A stretch of 64,000 bases of DNA from Camelus dromedarius (lineage: Eukaryota), in assembly GCF_036321535.1 (NCBI RefSeq), contig NC_087437.1, positions 38,504,001 through 38,568,000 of the forward strand, read 5' to 3'. Made by a program: the position numbers and the translations under genes. Positions 25,585 to 38,689 of this stretch are shown one piece after another (the first letter of the stretch is position 1; each line of letters begins with the position of its first letter). The notes beneath the pieces are model-generated. The model was not told the origin of the DNA. It did not search any database and saw nothing but the letters and a program-made list of their open reading frames with translations.

Positions 25585-25970
25585 AAATTCAATTTTGAGA
25601 TAACTGAAGTTTTATACTTCAGTTGTAAGAGATAATACTGAGAGAGTCAAGAGATTATGGATGGTTGTCTCTCCAATGATTACAACTTGCGTAACTATGG
25701 TACAATATCACAACCAGGAAATTGACATGGATGCCATCCATCAAACTTACTCAGAATTCATCAGTTTTATGTGCAGTCATTTGAGTGTGTCTGTGTGTAT
25801 TTTGTACACATGTAATTCTATGTAATTTCTGTGTAGCTTTGTCTCATGTATAGATCTGTGTGACCAGTTCCATAGTTAAGACACAGAATATTTCCATTAC
25901 AAGAATTCCTCATGCTACCCTTTTGTAGCCTCAGCTACTTCCTATTTCCCTCCTCCCTTTCCTAGCCCTG
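25585..25970 (-). mobile_element. L1MC1-like 3' end
   Basis: 'ttttgagataactg..cagttgtaagagataatactgagaga..aactatggtacaatatcacaaccaggaaattgacatggat..cctcatgctaccctttt'. Confidence 0.85.
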
Positions 25971-26006
25971 AAGTTTCAGTTTTGAAACTAATGATTCCAA
26001 ATCCTC

Positions 26007-26029
26007 CTGCTGCTGCTGCTGCTGCTGCT
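26007..26029. repeat. (CTG)n followed by poly(T)
   Basis: Direct read; source of the poly-Ala in spurious ORF 25982..26230. Confidence 0.9.
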
Positions 26030-26235
26030 TCTTTTTTTTTTTTTCTCTTTAAGTTAAAACACCATTGTTTCCCATTTGTCCAATTTTGGCCCTTTGTTCT
26101 TATCCACGACTATCTCGGTGAATGTCTGGCATTTACAATTCATATTTCATTTAATTATGTTGAAAATATGGATATAAACTTAGGACTAAGGACATATTCT
26201 GTATGGGGAGGGAATGTGGAGAGACAGTGAGAATG

Positions 26236-26242
26236 CATCATT

Positions 26243-26290
<48 letters not shown>
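26236..26290. repeat. (CAT)n microsatellite
   Basis: Direct read. Confidence 0.97.
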
Positions 26291-26293
<3 letters not shown>

Positions 26294-27009
26294 TATACTT
26301 TGATTTAATACTTGCTTGGGGAAATCTGCATTTCTTCCATTAATCCCTGCAATGGGAAGAGGAAAGATTTACTGATTGGCAGTTTAGAAATTATCCTAGA
26401 AATATCAAGGAACAAATGGAGAAGCCACGATGAAATAAGCACTGACATGTATTTCTGATGGCAGTGTATGTGAGTTTAATCACTTTGGATAGTACTTCGG
26501 TAACATGTAGTGAAGCATTAAAATTTGTTTGGTGTTTCCAACTCTGAAAGCATATTTTGAAAAAATGATCTTTAGATATTTGTTCTCATCTTGTAATTTC
26601 TGAATTCATAATATCACACAACAAAACTACTAACAGGCCAAGAAAGGCAAATAGATAAATTATGGAATATTTTTTGAAGCAATTGTATTTTAACACATAA
26701 AAATAATCTTCATACTGAATTTGTAACAACATCTAAGTGTTTAGTTTGTCATGTTATATGAAAAAAAATCACTATTTACATTGTTTTAGTTTATCAAAAT
26801 ATACACACACATTATGGGAAGAAATCCATGACTATGTTAGCAGTTTATGTTTGAGTGATGTTGTTCTTTTCCAAAATTCCTTTGGAAAGCCTACAATGTT
26901 TTCCTCTTTAATTAGTTTTTAATCCAAAAGTAATGAGTGAGTATAAGCAAAATGTACCAAAATATTACAAGAAATAAAAAACAATTAAAAATATATAATA
27001 CTCTATCTG

Positions 27010-28860
27010 TGACTCTCCTCTTTCTACCATTGCCCCATTCAACAGAGGCAATCACTTTTAACTAGTATGCATTTCTTCTGGTATTTCCCTAGATGTTTCT
27101 ACCAAAAATGTGTGCAAATTATTCCCTGATTCATCAATTTTAAATTGACTTCCAGTTACAGTAGATGAAAAATTTTACTTCTTTACATCACTCTGTCTTC
27201 GAACCATACTCCCTACATAGTTTATTCACTATTCCTTGGCTTAGTACTTGTATGTTCTTTTTAATATTGCATACTGTATGCCTTTATGAATAATTTCTCA
27301 CTATGAACCTAAGAAGTGTACTATGATTAAATTTCCTTTCTTGTGCAACTTTCTGTTGTCTTGGCATTGATAATTCTTTTTTGTGAGCTCAGTTTTCTTT
27401 AACCCATTATTAAGTTATCCCTGTCTAATAACATTGCAATGATTATATCTAATTTAATTAATCCAAAGTTATTTAAGACATTTGTCCATTGTGTTTGCTC
27501 TTTTCTGAAGCACTGGGACCCTACATGCCTTTTTGGCTGTCATGTGAGACTTCTCTTGTGTTTACTGTGAAGATTAATCTAATAAATTTCTTTAATTTTA
27601 CCTTCTAACATCATTATTGATTTTTATCAAATTTCAGTATTTAAATAATTACTGTAGTGTCTGTGTGCATGTCCATGTGCCTCAGCTTCATTCTGTTCTC
27701 CCCACTACAAAAAGCATCCTGTTCTTATTTCCCCATTCTTTATTAGATTAATTATAACTCCTTTTGGAGTTTTCTTCTCCTTATTGCATTTTCTCTGCTT
27801 TTTCTGAGTCCCTTTAATTCTCTTTGTTTGGCTCTTCAACTTTCATGTTGGAAGTTCTCCACAAATGTCTGATGATCCTTCTTTGTGTAATATATTTGAA
27901 TGAAGCTCTTAAGAGTTGACTGGAATATCTTCTTGGAAGACTCTACTCAGCCAACCCTCACCTGCCAGTGTCACCGTAAACCTGATTGTTTATTCATATT
28001 ACTAGGTCAAGTCAGCATAATGGTTTCAAAATAAAGATGAGTTTAAAAAAGGGGGAAAAAGTGGGTGAAGGAGACTGTCCAGGGAATTAAGTTTTATTAT
28101 TCCTTCCCCTTTCTTATTTTCCGATAGGCTGACTTCAGTACTTAACTGAATCATAATCTAACATTGAATTTGTGATTTTAATTTCTTAAGCAGTCTGAGT
28201 GGTTTTATCAATTTCTGGGGTTGCAAATAATAATAATGGAATTTGAATAATTGGGAGCCCTCTAGTTTTACATTCAAAAAGGATTTGTGGTCTTTTCTCT
28301 GGGGCACATTGCTTCTCTAGGTCAGTTAAGTTTTTCCACAGAACCATGCTTTAATCAACTGCCTGAGATATAAATGCCTGACACCTAGAGCTCTGGGACT
28401 GAATGGGGCACATTGAAGGTCTGGGCATATTTTCATTTGGAAAATTACTCCAGTCCTTATCTGTGACAGGATTCTTAAGTCTTCCAACCTAGAGAATATA
28501 TTTATTTCCTTTAGAATTGGATAAAATTAGTCTTTGGGTCTAACTGCTCTTTAAACAGATGCTCATACAATTCTCTTGTTTTTCAGCCCTTTCATCCTAC
28601 ACATTCCCCCTCATGCCCACCTTTTGTTAAGTGTCTTTCTGATTTTGAAGAGCTATATAAGTTTTATTAACCTATTGCTCAGGAGTATTTCTTCTGCATG
28701 CACCAAAATTACATACCTCAATCCTGTAAAATTATTTACTATACTTCCAACTACTTTCAGTCTTCATGAACAGTAATGTAGGCTTACAATTGTCTTCTAC
28801 TTTCATCAAAATTTCTATTTGTGTTTCTCTTTCTTCCTGTTTAAGATGACTTTTAAAAGT
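27010..28860 (-). mobile_element. Highly decayed ancient L1ME/HAL1-like fragments
   Basis: T-rich strand with 'cagaggcaatcacttttaact' and 'tttcatgttggaagttctccacaaatgtctgatgatcctt'. Patchy; boundaries uncertain. Confidence 0.45.
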
Positions 28861-28904
28861 GACTTTACCTTATCATCTTGATACAGGAAATTTGTATTGC
28901 TTTC

Positions 28905-29484
28905 ATTTTTATTTATTTAATTTTTTTTTCTATTTCTTTCTTCCTCCACCCCTCTGGCAACCACCTGTTTGTTCTCTGTATCCATAACTCTGTTTCTGTT
29001 TTGTAATGTTTATTTATTTATTTTTTTTAATATCCCACTCATAAATGAAATCATTCAGGATTTGTCTTTCTCTGTCTGACATTTCACTGAGTGTAATATC
29101 ATCTAGGTCATGTTGCAAATGGCAAGATTCCATACTTTTTACGGCTGAATAATATGTCATTGTATATAGGTACCACATTGTTTTAATCCATTCATTTATT
29201 TATGGGCCTTTGGGTTGCTTTCATATCTTGGCTATTGTAAATAATGCTGCAGTGAACATAAGGGTACATATGTATTTTCTAATAATGTTTTTGATTTCTT
29301 CAGGTAAATGCCTAGGAGTGGAATTCTGAATCATATCATAGTTTATTATTAATTTTTGAGGAATCTCCATACTGTTTTCCATAGTGGCTGCACCAACTGT
29401 ATTCCTACCAATAGTGCATGAGGGTTCCTTTTTCTCCACATCCTAGTCAACACTTGTTATTTATTGTCTTTTTGGTAATAGCCA
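28905..29484 (-). mobile_element. L1 ORF2 C-terminus plus part of the 3' UTR
   Basis: ORF 29221..29439 (EKKEPSCTIG..GAATMENSMEIPQKL..CTLMFTAALFTIAKI) matches the L1 ORF2p C-terminus. Confidence 0.92.
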
Positions 29485-31729
29485 AAAAGCTTTTCAGCTA
29501 TGGAAAAATAAATACATTTCAAAGTGTTTCTCTTGCAGGTTCTTATATTTTGGTATTCTAGCTGAGAGTTAAAAAATAAAGATGTAATTTAGATTCCACT
29601 ATCTCATTCTCCAGAAAAATTAGCAAAACTTTTGTGTGTGTATGTTGCTTTTATAGTCAATACTGCTAGTAACTTTTTGTTAGCATTCACTGTACTAGAA
29701 AACAACTTTTTGCCAGATATTAGTGACAATTCCCAGAATTATTGGGTTATCTCTGGGGTTGAATAATTCCAATTTTCATATCCTTGCTCTGAAGATTTAT
29801 AAGGGCTACTTACATTAACATATGAATATGTGAAGAAAAAATTGATTTTGGTGAGTACAGGCAGTGTCAGAATTAAATCTCTAATAATATATTTTAGTGT
29901 ATCCCTCACTTAACCCATTACTAGGTCGCCTCTTTATCTCCCTATTCCATTCTCTCTATCCCTAAGTAATGCTTTTCTGAATCATCTTGAGTCTTTATAA
30001 TATTATTTAAAAAGCCTACTTTCTAGGACCATTTTTTTTATACCTTTAATCCAAATTGAGGTTTCCCCATTTAGTTCCTCTGTTCAAGTTCTCTGTGTAA
30101 TAGCTAAAACTTCTCAATTTTAAAATTTACTTGCTGAATAAACAGAGGATCAATGAGAAGAGGTGATGCCCTCCTCCTGGGCTTTAATCCACCTGAGTGG
30201 TAGGATTAAAAATAAATCTAGAATCCTATTTTGGAATTTGAGGGCCAGGCACTTTGAAGGGCCAGAAACACATCCTTGAGCTAGCTGTGAAATATTTTAT
30301 CCTAACAAACATAACTGCATCTACATTGCAACACAATATATCATTCTACAGAATCCATGTTTGTTATGAAAAGATCATTTTTATTATATACAATTAGCAA
30401 TCATTCTTCCAATTACTCACCATCTTTTATATAATTTTTTCCTTTCCTTTTATTATTTCTCTGCATCATATACCCCCTTAACATGATCATTTTTGTTCCA
30501 TAAAACAATTACTTCCAAAGATTTTCCAAAGAGCATGTTCTTTGAGGCTGCAGAAAGACACATATGATACAAGGTATAAAGAGAAAAGAGGTACAGGCAG
30601 GGTTAGAATGGGGAAATCTTGACTAGCAGTGAAAAAGTTTGATTTTTTTTTCCTTCTGTAGATAATAGAAGGAGGGGCAAATTAGGCTTTTGAGGAGAAT
30701 GTGGTATAATTAGATCTGAAGTGAGAAACTAACCTGGTATCCATGCAATGGACTAGAGTAGACAGAGCACAGCAATGGCGTGACCAAATGGGAAAGTAAG
30801 AAACAGTTCAGGCAATAGTTCCAGTGTTTGAACTGGAAGTGGGAGATAAAGTTGTCCTGTAGGATATGTCCTCCACATTTCCTCCTCACAGGAAACAATT
30901 CGCTGTTTGGAGAACCTCTCTGCTCCCATGGTTGTATTTATTAAGCCAAACTGAAATTGTCGACATCTGTCTTTTGAGTTTTCTGTGGGGCTGCCCATCA
31001 CTCCTCATCCCTTTGGTGATAAGATCCCTTATTTTTCCATACTGTTAAATCCAATTCAGAAAGCATGTGATAAACTTAAATTCATAAAAAGTGGGTGAAT
31101 AACAAATAATGTATTCTGTATCACACTTGCTAGGGCCTTGTGAAATTTAAGAAGGAATATTTATGAATTATTCATGAATTATGGGGTCTTAAGCATTATC
31201 TAGCATGTGAGGTGATTTTTTGAGGGTGTACAGTGCCCCTAATATTTCCCCTTCAAATGGCATCGTGTAGGTGACAGGCTGTTACATCTGTGTGTAACAT
31301 GTCAACACGAATAAAAAAAATAATAAAATAGGAAGTAAGAAAGCTAAGTTTTCAAGTCACCTTAGATGCTGAGAAAGTTGGTTAACTTCTTTAGGCCCAA
31401 ATGGTCCTGATGAGCAAATTTTAATTTGTTAATCCTTTCCTACTTTGAGATTTTATGTTTAGATATCTTCCTACTTTTACAATCCTACGTTTATGGGCTA
31501 TGATCTAAGTATTAGAGATTTAAACTGCAAAATAAAGACTATTAATACTAAGAACACCAATATAAGTTGTATATTGAGAGAAAACTTGGTAGTTCGTAGA
31601 AAAAGAAGAGCCAAATTAGTCAACCAGTTACCTGGGGTGGGGGTAGAAATTTACACATAAAATTATGGATAATTTAATGTATTTATGATCAGAAAAAAAT
31701 TCTCAAATCATAAAAATGTTAACTCTCAA

Positions 31730-31980
31730 ATTCTAGCGGTCATTTTATATCATGTTACTTTGTATCTTATAGTAAAATACCCTACCTCTTTACTCTTCCT
31801 TACTTTTCTTGAGAATACTTATCACTGTTTTAAAATACATCTTTTTATTTATTACTTGCTTTTCCAGCTCCGCCATGAGTTCCGCAAAAAGAACAGAATT
31901 AGTCCTTCTCCAGTGTATCCCTTATGCCTAGAAGAAAGTCTGGAACTTGGTTAGCATTTGATATTTGTTGGATGAGTGTT
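31730..31980 (+). mobile_element. L2 3' end
   Basis: 'catgagttccgc..cagtgtatcccttatgcctagaagaaagtctggaac..atatttgttggatgagtg'. Confidence 0.7.
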
Positions 31981-33434
31981 GCAAAACTGTAAACAGGAGG
32001 AAAATATTCAGTTTAATTATTGAAAGCTCTCAAATTTTGAAAATTAATATGACAGGTATATCAGAGGTTAGTAAATTTAAAGTGGAAAGAATATTTAATT
32101 CAACTTTTAAAAATATGAATTCTGCAAACACGACATACTCATTATGAGTTACAAATACCAGGGGAAAAAGAAAGGACACCTGCTGGGTTCACAGAGAGCT
32201 AAATTATATTCATAAAGGAAATCAGAATGAATCTTGTTAATGTAAAGCAAACACGGTGAAGTCACTAAGGATGGTAAGATCACATTCCCGAGATCTTTGG
32301 CAGCTACCTGCTATGTGTACTAAAGTTATAACGTAAGAGTCTCTGAGTCTGAGTTCCTTTATTCTAAGAGTTGAATTGAAACTCTTGTTTTGCCGAACTC
32401 ACCAGGATTGGGATACTGCAACATTCAAATATGATAATATGTTAGAAAGATAGAAAGGCTATACAAGATATATTTGAATTTTTTTATCTTAAAATGAGCT
32501 AAAAAGTATTTTATTCAAATAATCACAAACAAAGTATAACAAAGCTTTCTGAAATGTTAAGTTTAATGGATATGATATCAGTAGATGGGGGGTGGGAGGG
32601 GACTGAAAACACTTGCCCTTAAAGGCAATTTACAGCATTATTTTGCAGCTGGACTTGGTATTTGTACTTTCAGTCCAATTTCTCCTTAACTTCATTGGAG
32701 AATTCAGAGAGCGTTGTATTTAATTCTCTTCATCAATCAAAGAACAATAGATATTAAAAAAAAAACTAAAAGGGACATATAAAACAATGTTATTTATACT
32801 AAAAATTTTTAGACTTTTCCTATTTACTGAGCATTAACCCATGTATTGGCTTATGAGTTCAGAATAATTTCCTAAGTTGATTCCCATGCTTATTATTATG
32901 ATGATTTTGCTACTGACTCCTAAACACATTATAGTTTTTGAAAATTTTGAAAAAGAATGACATTAAAATAGACATGTTTCTCAAATCATTCTTTTCTTTC
33001 TCTTTCGTCTTCCTGTTCCTCCCTTTTCTCCTACTTCTTTCTCTTCTTCTGATAAACTACCAATATAAACTTTTCAAGTATACATATATATATATATATA
33101 ACATTATGTGTCTTAGAAGACATATAATGCATTATACATATACAGTGTTTTATGGCATAACATTCTTTTTTGTAACATTTGTGATGCAGTTAGAGCAAGG
33201 TTTTGTTGCTTTTTGTACAGATTTAGAATTCTTTGAGTCTTCAAATTTGTGCTTGGAATTTTCTTAACATCTGATAAAACTGGAAATATGTAAACCATTG
33301 CCACTCTTTTATGGTATCTCTTTTCATTGCTTTTATTTGTTCAGTTCTTTTACATTAAGACATTCACAGCTAATTATGTGCCAGGCATTATTCTAAGCAG
33401 ATAGGGTTGATGGTTAATCTGCATAACAATCCTT

Positions 33435-34025
33435 TTTCCCTGCTTTTTTGAGATGTAATTGACATATAATACTGTGTAAATGTAATGCGAACAACCTGTT
33501 GATTTGATACACTTATATATTGCAAGATGATTACTACCATGGTGTTAGATGACACAGATGTCCCCTGCTATCTGAAAGGAGAATAGTCATAGGTGGAAAT
33601 GGCCTAAAGCAAACGGTACCCCTTACTTTCCAAAAGTGCCAGTATGTCACTTGCTTTTACAAAAGTCTTATATTAGTACAATAATGGCTTTTTTCATAAA
33701 AACAAAAATTCTCTTCAGATTTCTTTCAATTAGTTAAAACAAGTACTGATATAATACTGTTAGCAACTTTCAAGTATATAATACAGTATTATTGACTATA
33801 ATCACTATGCTGTACATTAGATCCTCAGAAATTATTTATTTAATTTATTTATTTATTTTATAACTGGACACTTGTTCTTTCTGACCAATGTCTCCCCTTT
33901 TCCCCACCCTCCAGTCCCTGGTAACCATCATTCTAGTTTCTGTTTTCATGAGTTCAGCTTTTTTGGATTCCATATATAAGTGATATCATACAGTATTTGT
34001 CTTTCTCTGACTTATTTCACTTTTT
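33435..34025 (-). mobile_element. L1MA9-like 3' end
   Basis: 'ttgagatgtaattgacatataatactgtgtaaa..tagcaactttcaagtatataatacagtattattgactata..ggattccatatataagtgatatcatacagtatttgtc'. Confidence 0.88.
33555..33753. mobile_element. Tigger/TcMar-type MITE fragments nested in L1
   Basis: Non-L1 block starting 'cagatgtcccctgctatctgaaag', with a second TIR-like 'ccccttactttccaaaag'. Recalled similarity to laurasiatherian Tigger MITEs. Confidence 0.55.
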
Positions 34026-34527
34026 TGCCTAACAGGTCTTGATGTAGATATATTATTATCTCACTTTACACAAAAAATAAACTAAGTCAGAAAGATATAA
34101 TTATTAATTATAAGAAAAAACTATCTTAAATAATGTTAAGTATTCATTAATTTTAATACAGTTTGTCTTATACTACAAGTAGAAACTTTTTATTAAACCA
34201 AGGATGACATTAATAATCATGCAAAATGGGTGTCAAGATAAAGACTAGTTGATTCATGATAATGAGTAGCCAATAATTAAAGCATTGAGATTATTTATTT
34301 ATGTCTATATCTATATCTTTATCTATCTATCTATCCTTTCATCTATCTACTCTGGAGTCAGACTATATGTTTATATATTGAATCTTCCAATAAAAATGTA
34401 TTAAAATTTCCTAAGTTTCAATTTCTCTATTTGCAAAGATAAAAAGAAGCAAAGGAAGATAAATAATCAGGAAGAAAAAGAGGACAAGGAGATGGAAAAG
34501 AAGGAAAAAATGATAGGATATGCCTTC

Positions 34528-34748
34528 AAGTGGTCATTCTCAACTGTAGTTTTGTTTTCCCTTAGAGAACATTTGACAGTGACTGGAGACATTTTTGGTT
34601 GTCATGACTAGTGTTGAGGGGTGTGCTACTGGCATCTTGGGGATACAGGTCAGAATGATACTAAAATTCTACAATTTGAAACACAGTACCCTTCAAGAAG
34701 GAATTATCTGGTTCAAAATGTGAACAATATTGAGATAACAAACCCTGA
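34528..34748 (+). mobile_element. MER20 (hAT-Charlie)
   Basis: 'ttctcaac..gaacatttgacagtgactggagacatttttggttgtcatgact..tgctactggcatct..aaggaattatctggttcaaaatgt..aaaccctg'. Confidence 0.9.
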
Positions 34749-35799
34749 CTTAAATAGCCATGTTATGAGGATTAAAGAAAGTTAATACATGTCAAACTAA
34801 TTTGAGTTACTACATTAGGAAGGTAAAAACCTTGTTATCATTTACTGATCCTTTTTTTTATATGCCTAGCTAGACCTTAGCTTTCAAAATGAAATGCTAA
34901 CCATTTGACTCCTTTTGTTCTCAGGAGTCATATTTTATATGAAAGAAGTGAGCATAGAACTTTTCAAATACTTCCCAAGTAAAACCAAAAGTCACAACAG
35001 TTAATATGTCAAAATATGGTTGCCTTGTATGTAGCAATTTACGCATCCTTGCATTCTAAATTCTGCAATGTGAGTATCTCTACTGAATGTTGAGTATAAT
35101 TTATGTTTTTCAAATTGTCCAGTATGTTACAGAAGCCCAATAAATGTTAAGTATAATAGTTGGCATATAAAGAAAAATATTGGACAGTATTTTTCATATG
35201 AAGCTCAAAATTAATAACAAATTCCGTTTAAACTACAGCATTATTATAAACTCTAACTTACAAGGATCAGCTAACATACAATTTACTTTGAGCAATATTC
35301 AACAGAAAACAAAGGAAAACATGATCACCAAGGCTTTTATAAATGTTATGCTTTATAAATTCTTAGCCATATAGATAAGAATTTAAAAATTAAGGTAGAC
35401 TTCTAAAAAGTATTTTCCATAGCAGGATTTCACTACTTAAAATTGCTATAATTAAGCTAAGTAGAGACACTATTTCTAGAAGATGCATCATTCTTTTCCT
35501 CTAGAATATTTTTGAATTAGCCTTTTAAACCAAGCATGTCAAAGTTAGAGACACAGTAGGAATCTGTGCCCTGACTTGTAACATGACTGTAAAAACTTAC
35601 GTAATGGTTATCATGTGAGAAAGATACCAAAAATCTTCATTAACATCTATCAGGAGCTTATGACTTTCAATCATCAAACATTTAAGTAAGCATCATAAAA
35701 TGCCAGGGTAGAAAAATGAATAATACATGGCCTCTGCCCTTAAGGCTATCAAAGGCTACAGAAAAGATGGTCTTCTAAACTGGAAGAAAACAATGAGCA

Positions 35800-36560
35800 A
35801 TTTACAGAAGAGAAAATACAAAATTACCAAGAGCATATGAAGTTAGTGGAAAATAAAAGCACAGTGAGATTCTATGTCACATCCATCAAATTATGAAAAA
35901 AATAAAATATCTAGCAACACCAAATGATGACCAACATATGGAGACATGGAAACTTTTATGCACTGTTAGTTGTGTAAAATTGCAAGACCACCTTGGAAAA
36001 CAATTTGGCAGTATATAAAAATTAAAGTAAAATATGCATAGCCTGCATCCTAGCAGCTCTAGTTCTTGGTAGAAGGGTTAGAGAAAGTAACTCACATATA
36101 TGTACAAGAATATTGAAGCAAAATTTTTTGTGACAGCAAAAAAATTGCAAACATCCAAAATGTCTGTTATCAGGACAACAAATAAATTATATTTGTGCCA
36201 TGCAAGGATACCACAAGCTTCCTCATAAATATATGTATATCACAAATTTAAACCTCTTTCCCATAAAGCCCAGTTGTAGAAGAAAGAACACACACACACG
36301 TATGTACATACATACATAAACAGAGAATATTAATATAAAGCTTTAAACCATGCAAATAATATTTGTATATATAGTTAGGGATATGCAAATAAGGTAAAGA
36401 TGTAATATGTATAAGAATAACAAATATAAATATTAAGATAGTGGTTACCTATGAGAAGAAGATGGTTTCTATTGTATTGATAATATTTTACTTTTTATAA
36501 GAACTAGAGTGAGCATGAATCTCTCATATTATTGTTTAGGCTTTTTGAATATCAAAAATA
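35800..36560 (+). mobile_element. L1ME-like ORF2 end and 3' UTR, within L2 fragments
   Basis: 'cacagtgagattctatgtcacatccatcaaatt..gcaagaccaccttggaaaacaatttggcagtat..aagatagtggttacct'. Confidence 0.75.
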
Positions 36561-38115
36561 TTTAATAGTCCATGTTAACTGTGAGTAATAGAATGGGAGC
36601 ACAGAGAAGAAAGTAACACATTTGTTTGGAAAAGTAAAAGAGGACTTCACAGAGTGTGATTTTGGGCACATATGTTAAGGAATAAGCAACAGTTTTCCTA
36701 CAATGGAAGGGAAAAGTGTTGATGAAAAAGCATTGGAGATGAGAGAGAAAAGAGTTGGCCAAGACTGAGAAGCATAAAAGAATGAAATGTTTAGGAACCA
36801 ATGAATACAAGCTTTTTGGATTATTTTCTTAGAAGCCCTGGAACAGGCAACAGTGGTTAGTGGTGAACCTGGACAGTAATGTAGAAAACATACTGACAGA
36901 AACATCTAAATAATTTTGACCAAGTATTTGGATACCTAGGCACGCTGACATAGAAAATTAGTCATCACACCCAATAGTTCAGCTTTTGGACTAGTAATTA
37001 CAATTTAAATCATGAAAATTTATTTTAGTACCATGTAGATATAGTCAACTACTCAAAAGTTTCCAGGAAGTAATAATGTAGTACTTATCTGTGATGGACT
37101 TTAATCATTAATTTAAAAAAAAATCTATATATATATAAAAATATATATAGAGATTTTATTTGGACACTTTAATCAGACAAGTTTCATATCTGAAATCTCT
37201 CATTTGGTCTGTAATTTCTATAAAAATCCAATTTTTAAAAGTGAGATGGTAATTATACAACGTATTTTAATTTGTAGCATTTGGAATACTGTTAAAATAG
37301 TCAGTCTTCTGACATTAACCCAACATATAGATAATCACAGTGTAGTGTACTGTATTATGTTGCTGTCTAATTGATGATGAGTTCATTTTTCAAAATACAT
37401 CATTTTTATAAGTATTTTTTTCTAATATTTGTCTCCAGTGTCATGTTGAAAATTAGGAAAAAGCAGTTGAAATTTAGAAAAAATAACATGGCTAATTTCT
37501 GTCTGCCTTTTTTTTTTTTTATTACATTGCATCAAATAAGCGATTTATACAGTCAACTTTTATGGTAAAATGAAAACTGAATCAGAGAAATAGGTGTGGA
37601 TTCTAGGTATGACTCAGCAACCCAAATATGTGTGCCTTTAGAAGAGTGGTTTAATCTCTGGAGCCTAAATATCCTTATTTGTCCAATTATAGAAAAGATT
37701 AGCCTAAATATTTTGATAAGCATATAAACACCAAAACATTATTGAAAGATATAAATATTTTATTATCAATTAAAATGAGACCATAGAAATCAAAGGATTT
37801 ATTACCGAAGTAGTAAATGATAGTTAACATAGTGTCCTTTATGCTTTGGTAATTCTCTTTTGCCCCAAAGCCTTTTCCCTAGTCAGTTTATCCCTGCATG
37901 CAGGGTAGAATTCCACCCTAAAAAAAACAAAAACAAAAACAGAAGAAAAGATGATTCTGAGTATAAAGTGTATGTGCTTTCATGTTGTTATGGCCTGCAA
38001 TGTTGTTTTTCAATCCCTGAGGGAAGTCAAGTATAAATTATATTCCATAAAATACTGTGGATTTGTGAGAATGCATCATGATATAAGAGCCGGGCTTTAC
38101 ATTTCCCTGACACCT

Positions 38116-38585
38116 TGATGGATGTTCTCCTCTTGCCCCTCCAGATGCTGTCTTCATCTTCTCCATGTGCTCTGTGTCTTAGAAGTCTGCACAGTATTGA
38201 CTGTACAATGACCTCCCCTGCCCTCTGGCAGAAAATCAGAGTCAAGGAAAAGAATACAGCCAGGGTATGTACTTTCCACTTTCTTAGAGCTCTCTTGCTC
38301 TCTCTCTCATCATTGGTTGACTGTGTCTCTTGTCTGAAGTCCATAGCTCCTGGACTTTCCATCAGTTATCCTTTCCATACAGTTATGTTTTCCTGTTCCA
38401 AAAACTGTTATGTCCTTGGCTCCTCTGATCTAGGGCTGCGAATATTTTGCCATTGTTTCTAGTTCTGGGGAATTGCAGCATCCTGTATTGTTTGAACCAA
38501 CCGCCATTTGCAAATAGTCCATTGAAGTCTCCTTAATTGCTCTGTTTGAATGTGCTTTCTTTTCCTGCCAGAATCCTGGCATGGT
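38116..38585 (+). mobile_element. LTR33-like ERVL solo LTR
   Basis: 'cttgcccctccagat..tgctctgtgtc..ctcccctgccctctggc' and the end 'aaatagtccc..gtttgaatgtgctttcttttcctgccagaatcctg'. Confidence 0.8.
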
Positions 38586-38689
38586 CCCAAATGATCTAAA
38601 TATTTATAGACTGTTGTTGGAGGATAAAAGGAGAGAACTAATCAAGGTGTGAGTATATGTTTGAGGACATTATCCAAATAAATCTAGGC

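Larger units (their letters stand above)
33350..34105 (-). mobile_element. MIR split by an L1 insertion
   Basis: 'tatgtgccaggcattattctaagc..ttaatctgcataacaatcct' resumes as 'tgatgtagatatattattatctcactttacac..aaactaagtcaga'. Confidence 0.65.

Noticed and set aside
25982..26230. Poly-Ala/poly-Phe ORF
   Set aside because: Artefact of adjacent (CTG)n and poly(T) tracts.
37118..37158. AT-rich palindrome (similar ones near 15870 and 42388)
   Set aside because: Explained by self-complementary (TA)n microsatellites.
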